Notes: generated by a model from the letters alone, not told the origin. A stretch of 20,000 nucleotides of DNA from an uncultured virus (IMG/VR IMGVR_UViG_2554235223_000001) (IMGVR_UViG_2554235223_000001), one strand, 5' to 3'; numbered from the stretch's first letter, positions 1-8,169 are shown. Numbers and translations are program-made.

Positions 1-514
1 AGAGCACATTCAGCACTGATTTGTAGACGCCGTTAAACTGGCTGTCGTCCATGCTGGCGAAGGAGATCGACTTTGCGACACGACGACGGCTGCCGTCAGG
101 CATCTGGTATTCGTCGTAAAAGCCAGCCTGAATGGTTGCCCACTCGCGGAAGGATTCGAAGTGTTTCAGAAGCGCCATATCGCGGGAACGAGAAATACCG
201 ACAGAGGAGAGATACATCTCCGCGGCGTTCTGGAGCGCAGCGCGCTGATCGAAGTCAGATGAAAGGAAGTCGATAAACCCGGATATGAGGGCGCGCTCAG
301 CGGGCTCAATGAGGCCACCGGAAGGCGTCCAGTAGTGATACCCGAGAGTCAGAAGTTTGAAGAACTTCTTGTGGAATGCGTAATTCCGGGGCTTGCGGAA
401 CTCACCGCAAAGCAGTTGCCCTACTGGGATAAGTTGCAGGTATTCGCTGGTTCCCGGCTCTGCAGGAATCAGTACGTTTTGATAACTCTTCTCAAATTGC
501 AGTGTTTGCGCCAT
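1..514 (-). CDS. DUF1367/YdfU-like phage protein, 3'-truncated by window edge
   Basis: Not in ORF track. ATG at 514 with GGGG SD; open to the edge: MAQTLQFEKSYQNVLIPAEPG...RNYAFHKKFFKLL...FREWATIQAGFYD...AKSISFASMDDSQF; motifs typical of DUF1367. Confidence 0.8.
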   Translation of the reverse strand, partial: MAQTLQFEKSYQNVLIPAEPGTSEYLQLIPVGQLLCGEFRKPRNYAFHKKFFKLLTLGYHYWTPSGGLIEPAERALISGFIDFLSSDFDQRAALQNAAEMYLSSVGISRSRDMALLKHFESFREWATIQAGFYDEYQMPDGSRRRVAKSISFASMDDSQFNGVYKSVLNVL

Positions 515-568
515 GTGTCCCCACTTGGCGCCGGGGTAAAGTTGTCAGTTGTCCAGACTGACGAGATA

Positions 569-597
569 ATTATGACGGGCTAAATCCCGAATTGCAA
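569..597 (-). promoter_or_regulatory. Sigma70-like promoter upstream of DUF1367 gene
   Basis: On - strand: TTGCAA (597-592), 17-bp spacer, CATAAT (574-569). Confidence 0.65.
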
Positions 598-609
598 AAC
601 GAGCATAGG

Positions 610-867
610 CTATTTTTTCTCGTTCTGACTGGCCATTTCCAGATAGCGCGGATCGGATGCTCGGAGTAGCTGGATACTCTGCTCTCGGTAGTGGCGGACG
701 CGCTCCATGAAGTAGTTTCTCAGGTGCTCTGGCTGCTCTCTGGCGACCACTTCGGCGACAACCGGCATGTTCAGGCGCTCTTTGTAGGCGACGCCGGAGG
801 CTGCGAGATCAACGTTGACTTTGTTCTGCTCTTCTAGGCCTTTGGATGCTATGTTGTAGTTAGACAT
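610..867 (-). CDS. hot: DNA polymerase III theta subunit homologue (HolE / phage P1 Hot-like), 85 aa
   Basis: [41 protein letters not shown] matches the HolE/Hot signature; start taken at MSNYNIA (867) rather than 939. Confidence 0.9.
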   Translation of the reverse strand: MSNYNIASKGLEEQNKVNVDLAASGVAYKERLNMPVVAEVVAREQPEHLRNYFMERVRHYREQSIQLLRASDPRYLEMASQNEKK

Positions 868-890
868 AAATATCTCTCTTAGGCTCAAGA

Positions 891-1130
891 ATGAATAATC
901 AAAAATACATCTGTATTGCTGCTTCAGTGATAGTGGCATGCATGTTTGTCATTGTCCCGTCAGATAAAATGGTTAGCGGTCAGTCTCTTGATTTTACATA
1001 TAAATTCATTTGGAACTTAGGTGTTCCTGATGGGGATATATTTCCTTATGTGCCGAATGTTGGCTTTTTGATTGCCCAGATAATAGGCGTCCTTGCCATT
1101 GTGTGGTTGTTAAGTAAGGTAAAAAGATAA
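891..1130 (+). CDS. Small two-TM membrane protein, moron-like, antisense to PR operon
   Basis: 79 aa, two hydrophobic segments, basic C-terminus, AT-rich, opposite strand to neighbours; SD is weak. Confidence 0.6.
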   Translation: MNNQKYICIAASVIVACMFVIVPSDKMVSGQSLDFTYKFIWNLGVPDGDIFPYVPNVGFLIAQIIGVLAIVWLLSKVKR

Positions 1131-1226
1131 TCAGCTCAGTTGCATGGCTGGTACATCTTTAGGTTATTGATTACTCGCCGGCAGCCAACTGCCGCGCGCT
1201 GCGCGGCTTTGCGTTCAGCGGGGGAT

Positions 1227-1451
1227 TTAGGCATCGCCAGATCCCCGCGTCGGTGCAGTGTCGATAGCCAGCAAATGTGGCGATTCAAGATAACGAATCA
1301 TCGTTTCTGCTACCTGCTGGCGAGCCTTTAAATCCTGAAGCACTATTAGTAAGACTGGCGAAAGAGACTTTCTATCGACGTTGTAGCCATAACGCTGCAG
1401 GGTGCCAATGAGGTCTGCAAGGATCTGGCTATCTGTAAGCTCATGACTCAC
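1227..1451 (-). CDS. Hypothetical phage protein, 74 aa
   Basis: ORF overlapping the end of the upstream gene, GGAGG SD. Confidence 0.65.
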   Translation of the reverse strand: MSHELTDSQILADLIGTLQRYGYNVDRKSLSPVLLIVLQDLKARQQVAETMIRYLESPHLLAIDTAPTRGSGDA

Positions 1452-2190
1452 TCTTCACCTCCTGCGGTGCGGCCGGCAGCGGCATCCAGTGAGTTGGTGT
1501 CCATGACGCGCCGGGGATCAACCAGCCGCTACTCTGCGCATCAGGGTGGCCAGGGATATACGTTGCCCATTTGCAACACCACCGCGGCTTCTCTCCCCAC
1601 CAACGCCCGACCAAAACCTCATGACGACTTGGCGGCATCTGCTCGCTTACCTGAATCCATCCCTGGCTTTGCGCTGGAGTGTCGCCGTTTTGCTCCGGAG
1701 AAACGTGGTTTTGCGCCGGGCAGCAATCGGATTGCGCCGGAGATTTGGTGTGCAGCACCTGCACATTTTCGTCACTCCTGCAGATCGCTTCAGTTCCTGC
1801 ACTTTTTTTTAATTCCTGCAGCATGGCGGCGCGGCAGGCGTTCCAGCCCTTCACCTCAGCGATGGCTGCTACTGCATCCACGGCGTACATGCTCAGTGTA
1901 TTTGGAATTGATTTTTCCTCCGGCACTACCGGCACCGGCTGCGCGTGGCGATAGAGCGGCAGTACGGCCACATCACCATCTTTTGCTACAAATGCTGCCC
2001 GGCATTTATCGTTTGTAACATGCCATTGCTCACGATAGTGCCATGTCCACGCCACCGGCTCGCTGTCCATTGCGACCAGCGTCATGCGGGCCAACTCTTC
2101 TATTTCATCGTGACTCGGCGGCAGCGTCATTGCGCGATGAAAGTTCGCTATTAGCTCTATGCGCTCTCTGGTTATGGTTGATTTGGTCAT
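1441..2190 (-). CDS. Eaa-like mosaic protein with C-terminal DUF551 domain
   Basis: MTKSTITRERIE N-terminus, GWNACRAAML block, C-terminal WIQVSEQMP...THWMPLPAAP. Confidence 0.8.
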   Translation of the reverse strand: MTKSTITRERIELIANFHRAMTLPPSHDEIEELARMTLVAMDSEPVAWTWHYREQWHVTNDKCRAAFVAKDGDVAVLPLYRHAQPVPVVPEEKSIPNTLSMYAVDAVAAIAEVKGWNACRAAMLQELKKSAGTEAICRSDENVQVLHTKSPAQSDCCPAQNHVSPEQNGDTPAQSQGWIQVSEQMPPSRHEVLVGRWWGEKPRWCCKWATYIPGHPDAQSSGWLIPGASWTPTHWMPLPAAPQEVKSES

Positions 2191-2483
2191 GGTTGACTCC
2201 AGTTATCCTCGATAGCCACACCTAAACGGTGCAGCCAGTCGGCAAGTTTCAGCATCGACTCACGGTCACCAAGTCCTTCCGGAAAGTCTTTCAGTTCGAT
2301 AGTCGGTATGAAACGACCGAAACTATCGCGCTCTATCGTCAAATGCTGCTCCAGAACAGTCTGATGAATGCGGCTGTTATGCCGCACCAGGTAAACGGAT
2401 TTGGAGTCTTTGGCTTTAGGGTCATAGCGATACTCGGTCAGTATCATCTGGCTTCTGGTGCGATCTGTTCCTCTCCACATCAC
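2187..2483 (-). CDS. Hypothetical phage protein, 98 aa
   Basis: 4-bp start/stop overlaps with both neighbours. Confidence 0.75.
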   Translation of the reverse strand: MMWRGTDRTRSQMILTEYRYDPKAKDSKSVYLVRHNSRIHQTVLEQHLTIERDSFGRFIPTIELKDFPEGLGDRESMLKLADWLHRLGVAIEDNWSQP

Positions 2484-2800
2484 TCAGCCTCCACCTTGAT
2501 GCCAGAGGCAGTTAGTATCCGCTCGACCTGTTCCTGATAACCCTGACCGCCTGCGCTAACAGCTTGCGGCAGCTTCACGGTGACGGTGCGGGACTCCAAT
2601 GACGACAAAAGCGCTTTAATTTCTCCTTGCTGAAATGCAATCGTCTCCTGCGCCTTCTCCAGCGCCTCTACCAGCGCGAGGATGTATTTACGCAGCACTC
2701 GAGCGTATTGAGTAGACGGCGTGGGGTATTCGCTGATCTGCTTCAACTGGGCCAACGCATCATTAATTTCAGATTGCGCCAGTTCGGTGATATCAGTCAT
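2480..2800 (-). CDS. Ead/Ea22-like protein
   Basis: MTDITELAQ start, ILALVEALEKAQ coiled coil, GIKVEAE end; ATGA coupling. Confidence 0.7.
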   Translation of the reverse strand: MTDITELAQSEINDALAQLKQISEYPTPSTQYARVLRKYILALVEALEKAQETIAFQQGEIKALLSSLESRTVTVKLPQAVSAGGQGYQEQVERILTASGIKVEAE

Positions 2801-3003
2801 GCTGCACGCTCCGCCTTCTGCTTGTTGTATATGGCCCAGCTAAGGGCATCGAGTTTGCGCTGACCGGCTTTGTCGAAGAGGTGAATGCCGTTTTTGCAGG
2901 CATGCTCGGCCTTCACTTGCTCTTCCAGTTGAGCCAGTTGCTCATAGGTGAGCGTTGCCAGCTTCAGGCGGCTCCAGCCAAAGTTAGGGATACGGTTGCT
3001 CAT
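2797..3003 (-). CDS. Hypothetical phage protein, 68 aa
   Basis: ATGA-coupled on both sides. Confidence 0.75.
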   Translation of the reverse strand: MSNRIPNFGWSRLKLATLTYEQLAQLEEQVKAEHACKNGIHLFDKAGQRKLDALSWAIYNKQKAERAA

Positions 3004-3276
3004 TTGTCGGCCCCATCGCTGCGGAACATCATGATTGTCAGGTCGCCTTTAGTGGCCAGGCGAACGGTAGAGCCAGGTTCCATGCTGTTAAGCCCAAAGG
3101 CGTCATAAAGATCATTCACAGCTTTCTGGCGGCGAGATTCCTTACGACGCTTGTCCCACTGCCTCAGAGCATTTTTGGTAATCCACTGGCCTGTTTTGAC
3201 CATGATGTATGCCCATCCAAGAATGGCTAAACCGGTATTGAGATAAGTGGCGATGCTCATTTGTCGGCCCCCTCGC
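2997..3276. repeat. 23-bp direct repeats flanking the 86-aa ORF
   Basis: tgctcatttgtcggcccc(a/c)tcgc at 2997-3019 and 3254-3276, one mismatch. Confidence 0.9.
3000..3260 (-). CDS. Hypothetical protein with N-terminal TM segment, 86 aa
   Basis: ATGA-coupled; bounded by 23-bp direct repeats. Confidence 0.75.
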   Translation of the reverse strand: MSIATYLNTGLAILGWAYIMVKTGQWITKNALRQWDKRRKESRRQKAVNDLYDAFGLNSMEPGSTVRLATKGDLTIMMFRSDGADK

Positions 3277-3679
3277 GCAGTTGCTCGAAAAACTCCTTAC
3301 CGCAGTCGATAGCGCCAACAATTACGGCAACTTCATCGCCTACAAAATCACCCTCATCGACATGCTGCTGCAGGAGACCAATGAACTCCTCAACCCCATC
3401 AGCCTTAATCCCGGCTACGATGCGGTCGGTGGCGGGGGTTTCGTCTGCAAACGTGTCGCAAATCATATGCAGGTAGCCTTCATTCGTTGGTCTGATACGG
3501 TTCATCACCCCAGCGATGAAATACTCCCGGCATTCGCTGATTATTTTTTTTGCCTCCACATTCTCCGCAGCCAGCTGCTTAAACGCTTTCGCCAGCTTCA
3601 GGAACTTCTGCTCTCTGATCGACAGCTCGCCTGCGCTCTCCAGGGAGGCGATGAGCTCGTTTACTGTTTCGATGTTCAT
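3257..3679 (-). CDS. Hypothetical (Eae/ea-region-like) phage protein
   Basis: Start at MNIETVNELI (3679) is ATGA-coupled to the upstream gene; LAAEN and ETPATD motifs are common in ea-region proteins. Confidence 0.75.
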   Translation of the reverse strand: MNIETVNELIASLESAGELSIREQKFLKLAKAFKQLAAENVEAKKIISECREYFIAGVMNRIRPTNEGYLHMICDTFADETPATDRIVAGIKADGVEEFIGLLQQHVDEGDFVGDEVAVIVGAIDCGKEFFEQLREGADK

Positions 3680-3978
3680 TTTCTTACTCCCGCCAGGCAC
3701 TGGTTAAAAAGATTGGTCATTGGGTTTACGCCGCCAGGACGCTGGCGATACTGAGCCGACGGATCGCTTTCGGTTACGGCTGTCGTGTCGATCAGGGTGT
3801 AGCGGTAGCTCCTGCACTCACCCGCACGCTGTACCTGGCCGTCACGGTGCATCTGCCACAGGGAGGAATTGACCACTGAAGAGTCAAGGCCGGTACCGCG
3901 GCGGATATCCTGAAAGCTGCAGCCAGGATGCTGGCCGATGAAGTTAATAACGGCTTGTTTGCCAGAGTTCTTTTTCAT
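3676..3978 (-). CDS. Winged-helix DNA-binding protein
   Basis: VINFIGQHPGCSFQDIRRGTGLDSSVVNSSLWQM wHTH pattern followed by YRY wing. Confidence 0.75.
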   Translation of the reverse strand: MKKNSGKQAVINFIGQHPGCSFQDIRRGTGLDSSVVNSSLWQMHRDGQVQRAGECRSYRYTLIDTTAVTESDPSAQYRQRPGGVNPMTNLFNQCLAGVRK

Positions 3979-4712
3979 GACCGCCCTCTCCCCAGTCCAA
4001 ATTTCGCCCGAATTTCTGCGATTTTGTTTAACCCCTGCTCCTGACTTAATGGCCGGCCACCAAGTTTTGGAATCTGCTTAACCGGCTCTGGAATCGCTTC
4101 TCCTGCGTTTAAACGACGCACCATACGCATCAGCTCATCCTGAGCCTTGCGGCGCAGCTCAGCGTCGCTGAGGCCGTTTGCGCGCATGTCTGCGTACAGT
4201 CCAGTAACCATCCAGTAGCAGGCCTTGTGCTTCAGCGTTACCGGCGTGACGTTGTGCTCTGGCCACGGATAGGACTCAGCATCCGGGTATTGCCCGCGGG
4301 TCCGGCAGTACTGGTAAACCATATCGACCAGCTCCACTGCATCCGGCAGTCTGGCAGATACGGCTGATTCCGATTTGCACCAGGCGACAAATTGACCCGG
4401 CGATGGCATGAATGGACGATCCTGTTTGCGGGCAACGCGCATTCCGGCGTTGATTTGCTCCATCGAGACAATCCCGTTTTCCTTGAACGCCAGAAGCCAC
4501 TGCCGGCGCATCTCGTTCATCTCCTCGGGTGTTTTGCTGGCCAGCGCCGGGAACACAGCGAGCAACTGGCGGAACAGTTCGTTGAAGATCTCAGCAGTCT
4601 TTGCCGCCTGGCGCTTTACTGCCTGCTCGCCCTGCAGTTCAGGAAGCCCGGCAGCCACGCGCTGGAAGTTTTCCCGGTCGAAGTTGTGCATGCTTTCAGC
4701 GATTGATTTCAT
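3975..4712 (-). CDS. P: Replication protein P (lambda P-like DnaB loader)
   Basis: RRQWLLAFKENGI...RPFMPSPGQFVAWCK motifs; directly downstream of O. Confidence 0.92.
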   Translation of the reverse strand: MKSIAESMHNFDRENFQRVAAGLPELQGEQAVKRQAAKTAEIFNELFRQLLAVFPALASKTPEEMNEMRRQWLLAFKENGIVSMEQINAGMRVARKQDRPFMPSPGQFVAWCKSESAVSARLPDAVELVDMVYQYCRTRGQYPDAESYPWPEHNVTPVTLKHKACYWMVTGLYADMRANGLSDAELRRKAQDELMRMVRRLNAGEAIPEPVKQIPKLGGRPLSQEQGLNKIAEIRAKFGLGRGRS

Positions 4713-5737
4713 TCGAGCACCCCATAAATCCAGTCAGTGTTGTTCAGGTCGACTTTTGGCTTCCCGGCAACCTGAACCCCTGGCGCGCTGCGCTGCATGG
4801 TCAGCTTGTCCCACTGCTTGCGCAGCGCTTCAGGGCTCAGGATGTTGCGATGCCAGAACGAGTCTTTGCTGGCCCAGTCGTACATGGCGCAAATGTCCTG
4901 GTGGCTGCGGTTGTCGATCTGGCGCATCAGTCGAACCGTGTTTGACCAGGCGGTCATGTCAGGGGCTTTGCAGGTTGGGTTGATCATCCTGACCCTGGAG
5001 AAAATCCACTTGGCAACCCGAAGGTCTTCAGCGGTTCCCCACTTGCTTCCGCTGGGCGTGTAAACCGCAGCATCAGGATGAGCAGACAAAAATTTCTTCA
5101 GGCGGGCGTCAGAGGATTCGCCAGAATTCTCGGACGAAGATCTTTTAATATTTTTATTCTTGTTATTACCTTCTTGTTCATGTTGTGCGGTTGTTTGTGC
5201 GGATTCATGTGCGGCTTCATGTGTGGGCACCACCTTCAAACCCGCGCCATTGCTGGGCTCGCCATGTGCGGAAGTATGTGCGGCTTCATGTGCGGCTTCA
5301 TGTGCGGGTAAACTGTCTGTTTTTTGAGCATACTCTGCAAAATTTGTGATGGTAATCACTCTCCCTTTTTGCTTCTCACCTTCGATAGAAATCATCCCTT
5401 CGCGCACAAAAACGGCCAGCATTCTCTCCACTGAATCGCGACTAGTAGGATTCCCTTTCCGGTCGCAAAGCTGCAGCCCTAAATCGGCCGCTGTGACCAC
5501 CAGTTGACCGGGCAGCAGTGACCACTCATGACCTTTGAAAGTCGCTTTGAATGGCTGACGAGCAGCATTAAGCAGCAGGTTTTCCCACAGGGTTCTGAGG
5601 TACACATCTTTTGCCCAGGACTGCTTGAGAACGCTCCGGTACAACGGGATGTAGCCAGATTTCTGGTTTTCCATCCGGTTGCTCCTGAATTGCCCCGGCG
5701 CGGCGCCGGGAAACTTGAGTATTTCTGCGGTGTTCAT
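4709..5737 (-). CDS. O: Replication initiator (O-like)
   Basis: MNTAEILKFP start, internal iteron-coded repeats, C-terminal WASKDSFWHRNILSPEALRKQWDKL similar to lambda O C-domain. Confidence 0.88.
   Translation of the reverse strand: MNTAEILKFPGAAPGQFRSNRMENQKSGYIPLYRSVLKQSWAKDVYLRTLWENLLLNAARQPFKATFKGHEWSLLPGQLVVTAADLGLQLCDRKGNPTSRDSVERMLAVFVREGMISIEGEKQKGRVITITNFAEYAQKTDSLPAHEAAHEAAHTSAHGEPSNGAGLKVVPTHEAAHESAQTTAQHEQEGNNKNKNIKRSSSENSGESSDARLKKFLSAHPDAAVYTPSGSKWGTAEDLRVAKWIFSRVRMINPTCKAPDMTAWSNTVRLMRQIDNRSHQDICAMYDWASKDSFWHRNILSPEALRKQWDKLTMQRSAPGVQVAGKPKVDLNNTDWIYGVLE
5141..5307. repeat. Putative replication origin: 2 x 4 iterons (12-bp period, core TGTGCGG) plus adjacent AT-rich tract
   Basis: Cores at 5184, 5196, 5208, 5220 (tgtgtgg) and 5265, 5277, 5289, 5301; AT-rich 5141-5170; lies inside O as in lambda ori. 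Confidence 0.8.
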
Positions 5738-6531
5738 GCTTCACTCTCCCAGCCGGCCTCTTTCAGGAATTTGCGATAGTTGTCCAGGATGGCGCGCGCA
5801 TTAGCTGGCAGCTCAATGTCAGCCTGATCAGCGATTATCTGGAGAAACTGGCGCGCCTTTGCTGCGCTAAACTGCGGCAGCGCCGCGCTGCGGGTTAATT
5901 TCGATTTACCTGACGCTCTGGCCTTATCCATCTGGCGAATGGCTACAGAGGCCGCCTGGGGGCCGTGCTCGCGGGATAGTGCAACCGCGGTTGTTGGGGA
6001 TACCTCGCCGGCACGCACCATGCTGATCAGCTCTTCTCCACAGGTCAGCAAATGCAGGTGATAGTCGACGTCGGACAGAGAACGCTTAACTTTCTTCGCG
6101 ATCTCGTCCGGTTCCCACCCCTGATTTCTCAAACGCTGATATGCAGCTGCGCGTTCCAGAGCAGTGAGAGGCTTGCCCTGGTTCCGGGTAACCATGAAGG
6201 CGATACGATCAGCTTCGTTCCCGACGAAGTCTTTGCACTCAAGCCGGATGATGTCAGCGCCTGCTTTCGTCGCTTCAATGGCGCCGTAATAGCGGTGGTG
6301 GCCGTCGATAACCTTCACGCCCTTCTCGGTAACCTGGACGTCCAGCGGAGGCACCGACTCGCCGGCGATAAACGCATCGCGGAACTCAGCGACGTGATCC
6401 TGGTCGATTTCGCGGATGTTCAGTCCGGGTTCGACGTACAGCTCTTTCAGGGGAACGATAAACGTCCGGTTCACCTTAATGCCGGTTCCGTTTTTATCTT
6501 TTTGGTTGTAATGCTGGTAAAGTGAACTCAT
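5734..6531 (-). CDS. ParB/Srx-domain protein
   Basis: VPPLDV...VIDGHHRY motif followed by HTH (GWEPDEIAKKVKRSLSDV); coupled to O. Confidence 0.85.
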   Translation of the reverse strand: MSSLYQHYNQKDKNGTGIKVNRTFIVPLKELYVEPGLNIREIDQDHVAEFRDAFIAGESVPPLDVQVTEKGVKVIDGHHRYYGAIEATKAGADIIRLECKDFVGNEADRIAFMVTRNQGKPLTALERAAAYQRLRNQGWEPDEIAKKVKRSLSDVDYHLHLLTCGEELISMVRAGEVSPTTAVALSREHGPQAASVAIRQMDKARASGKSKLTRSAALPQFSAAKARQFLQIIADQADIELPANARAILDNYRKFLKEAGWESEA

Positions 6532-6567
6532 AATTACTCCTGTGAATTGATCCAGTTAATTCGCGTA

Positions 6568-6600
6568 GAAAGCCGTTAGTGTTGCTGCACTGCGGCTTTC
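6568..6600. terminator. Stem-loop between cII and ParB-like gene (possible terminator/processing site)
   Basis: gaaagccg...cggctttc with inner agtg/cact pairing. Confidence 0.5.
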
Positions 6601-6617
6601 GCCTTTTACGCACTTCA

Positions 6618-6938
6618 TCAGTCCCACCCAAGCGGACCAGGGCGGCACCGCTCCGCACGCAAACCGATATCTGCCAGCGTTTCTACTGACTGCAGGTAGT
6701 GGCGGGAAACTACCACCGCCTCCGGCGGAACAACCTGCAGACCCAGCGCTGATATTTCCTTCGCCATTTCGGCGTAATACCCCTCGCTCTTGCGGCGACT
6801 GATTGTCGACTCGCTAACCCCTCGCATTTCCGCAAAAACCTTTTGGCCAATGGATAAAAGCCGGTTTAACAAAATGCCTTCAATCTCAATTGGGTTGAGG
6901 ATTGGCGGCTCTAACTTTCGGGCTATTGCATTCTCCAT
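6618..6938 (-). CDS. cII: CII transcriptional activator
   Basis: IEGILLNRLLSIGQKVFAEMRGVSESTISRRK resembles lambda CII HTH; position after cro. Confidence 0.88.
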   Translation of the reverse strand: MENAIARKLEPPILNPIEIEGILLNRLLSIGQKVFAEMRGVSESTISRRKSEGYYAEMAKEISALGLQVVPPEAVVVSRHYLQSVETLADIGLRAERCRPGPLGWD

Positions 6939-6948
6939 CTGTGATACT
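6916..6948 (+). promoter_or_regulatory. PRE-like CII-activated promoter
   Basis: TTTC-N6-TTGC (6916-6929) then GATACT (6943-6948) straddling the cII start, same layout as lambda PRE (TTGC-N6-TTGC). Confidence 0.7.
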
Positions 6949-6977
6949 TCCTCTGGTGGTGTTTGAAAGGCCGCTGG

Positions 6978-7205
6978 TTAGGCGGCTTTAGGCTTGCTGA
7001 CTTCCCGGATCTGAGCAGCGGTAAACTGGCCGCCAGAAGCGAGAGCGATCTTTTCTGCGTAGTTGGTTTCTTCGGTGTAATCCGTCCTCGGCAGGCTTCC
7101 GTTAGCAATCCATTTGTAAATTGCGCGCGGCGAGCAACCACAGGCTTCAGCTACGACAGGAACCCGAATCTTTTTGATGATTTCGCCAAGACTATTCGGT
7201 GCCAT
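6978..7205 (-). CDS. cro: Cro-like repressor
   Basis: 75-aa HTH (VAEACGCSPRAIYKW) divergent from cI. Confidence 0.9.
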   Translation of the reverse strand: MAPNSLGEIIKKIRVPVVAEACGCSPRAIYKWIANGSLPRTDYTEETNYAEKIALASGGQFTAAQIREVSKPKAA

Positions 7206-7221
7206 GTTTAACCCTCAATAA

Positions 7222-7293
7222 TGAACTGTAAGTACATATTAAGTCGGAACTGATAGTTCACGCAAGTGATATTATGATTGAACATATGGTTCA
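7222..7293. promoter_or_regulatory. OR operators / PR-PRM
   Basis: Three 15-bp palindromes: tgaactgtaagtaca 7222-7236, ggaactgatagttca 7246-7260, tgaacatatggttca 7279-7293. Confidence 0.85.
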
Positions 7294-7996
7294 TGAAGAA
7301 AGAGCGCGAAAAGAATTCTCTCAGAGGCTAGCGCTGGCCTGCGATAAAGCTGGATTGATACCACATGGTCGACAGGCTGAGATCGCCAAGAGGATGAAGT
7401 TGACCCCTAAGGCCGTAAGCAAATGGTTCAATGGAGAGTCGATTCCAAGACGCGGAACGCTGAAGGCACTGGCGTCTCACATTGGTACGTCAGCGTCGTA
7501 TCTGCTCGGTGATGTCGATGAGGACGGAATCGATACAGAGACAACCCCAACCCTTAAGGATGTCTTTCGCATTGACCTATTGGATATAACGGTTAGCGCT
7601 GGACCAGGCGTTATCAATCAGGAGTTCGTGGAGATCCTCCACTCCGTTGAGTATGCGCCAGCGGAAGCCCGGCACATGTTCGATGGGCGTAAGGCTGAGA
7701 ACATCCGGATCATCAACGTCCGGGGTGACAGCATGTCTGGGACGATTGAGCCGGGTGATCTGCTGTTCGTCGACATCAGCGTTAAGAGCTTCGACGGCGA
7801 CGGGATATACGCCTTCCTGTACGACGACACTGCTCACGTCAAGCGCCTGCAGAAGATGAAGGACAAGCTACTGGTTATCTCAGATAACAAGAGCTATGCA
7901 GCCTGGGACCCGATCGAAAAAGACGAGATGAACCGGGTGTTCGTGTTCGGCAAGGTGATCGGCAGCATGCCGCAGACGTACAGGAAACATGGGTAA
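7286..7996 (+). CDS. cI: CI repressor (HK022-like; HTH + S24 autopeptidase)
   Basis: FSQRLALACDKAG...TPKAVSKWFNGESIPR HTH; Ala-Gly cleavage site (VSAGPG), GDSM serine and VKRL lysine. Start 7286 preferred, 7274 possible. Confidence 0.95.
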   Translation: MVHEERARKEFSQRLALACDKAGLIPHGRQAEIAKRMKLTPKAVSKWFNGESIPRRGTLKALASHIGTSASYLLGDVDEDGIDTETTPTLKDVFRIDLLDITVSAGPGVINQEFVEILHSVEYAPAEARHMFDGRKAENIRIINVRGDSMSGTIEPGDLLFVDISVKSFDGDGIYAFLYDDTAHVKRLQKMKDKLLVISDNKSYAAWDPIEKDEMNRVFVFGKVIGSMPQTYRKHG

Positions 7997-8018
7997 AGCC
8001 TTAGCACGCAGAGGAAGC

Positions 8019-8138
8019 ATGTCTGATCTGATTATCCCAATACTCATTACTTTACTGATTATCGGACTGGTTGGGATAGTGCTCAGGCTGGATAAAGTTT
8101 TCTTCAAGCGGAAGGATGAGCGGGATGACTTTGAGTGA
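8019..8138 (+). CDS. 39-aa single-pass membrane peptide
   Basis: Not in ORF track. GAGGA SD at 8011-8015; MSDLIIPILITLLIIGLVGIVLRLDKVFFKRKDERDDFE. Confidence 0.7.
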   Translation: MSDLIIPILITLLIIGLVGIVLRLDKVFFKRKDERDDFE

Positions 8139-8169
8139 GCCAGACCGGTAGTTCGATGTGTTTTTGGTA

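Noticed and set aside
73..583. Plus-strand ORFs 73-276 and 335-583 (and similar antisense ORFs across the window)
   Set aside because: Shadows of well-supported genes on the opposite strand; no SD or recognisable motifs.
911..927. Possible LexA box upstream of hot (ctgtattgctgcttcag)
   Set aside because: Spacing is CTG-N11-CAG rather than N10; poor match.
1665..1745. PAQ-type short repeats in the Eaa/DUF551 protein
   Set aside because: Low-complexity linker typical of these mosaic proteins; no evidence of a separate function.
5184..5307. Short repeat array as CRISPR or VNTR
   Set aside because: No spacers or cas genes; 12-bp units inside O next to an AT-rich tract fit origin iterons.
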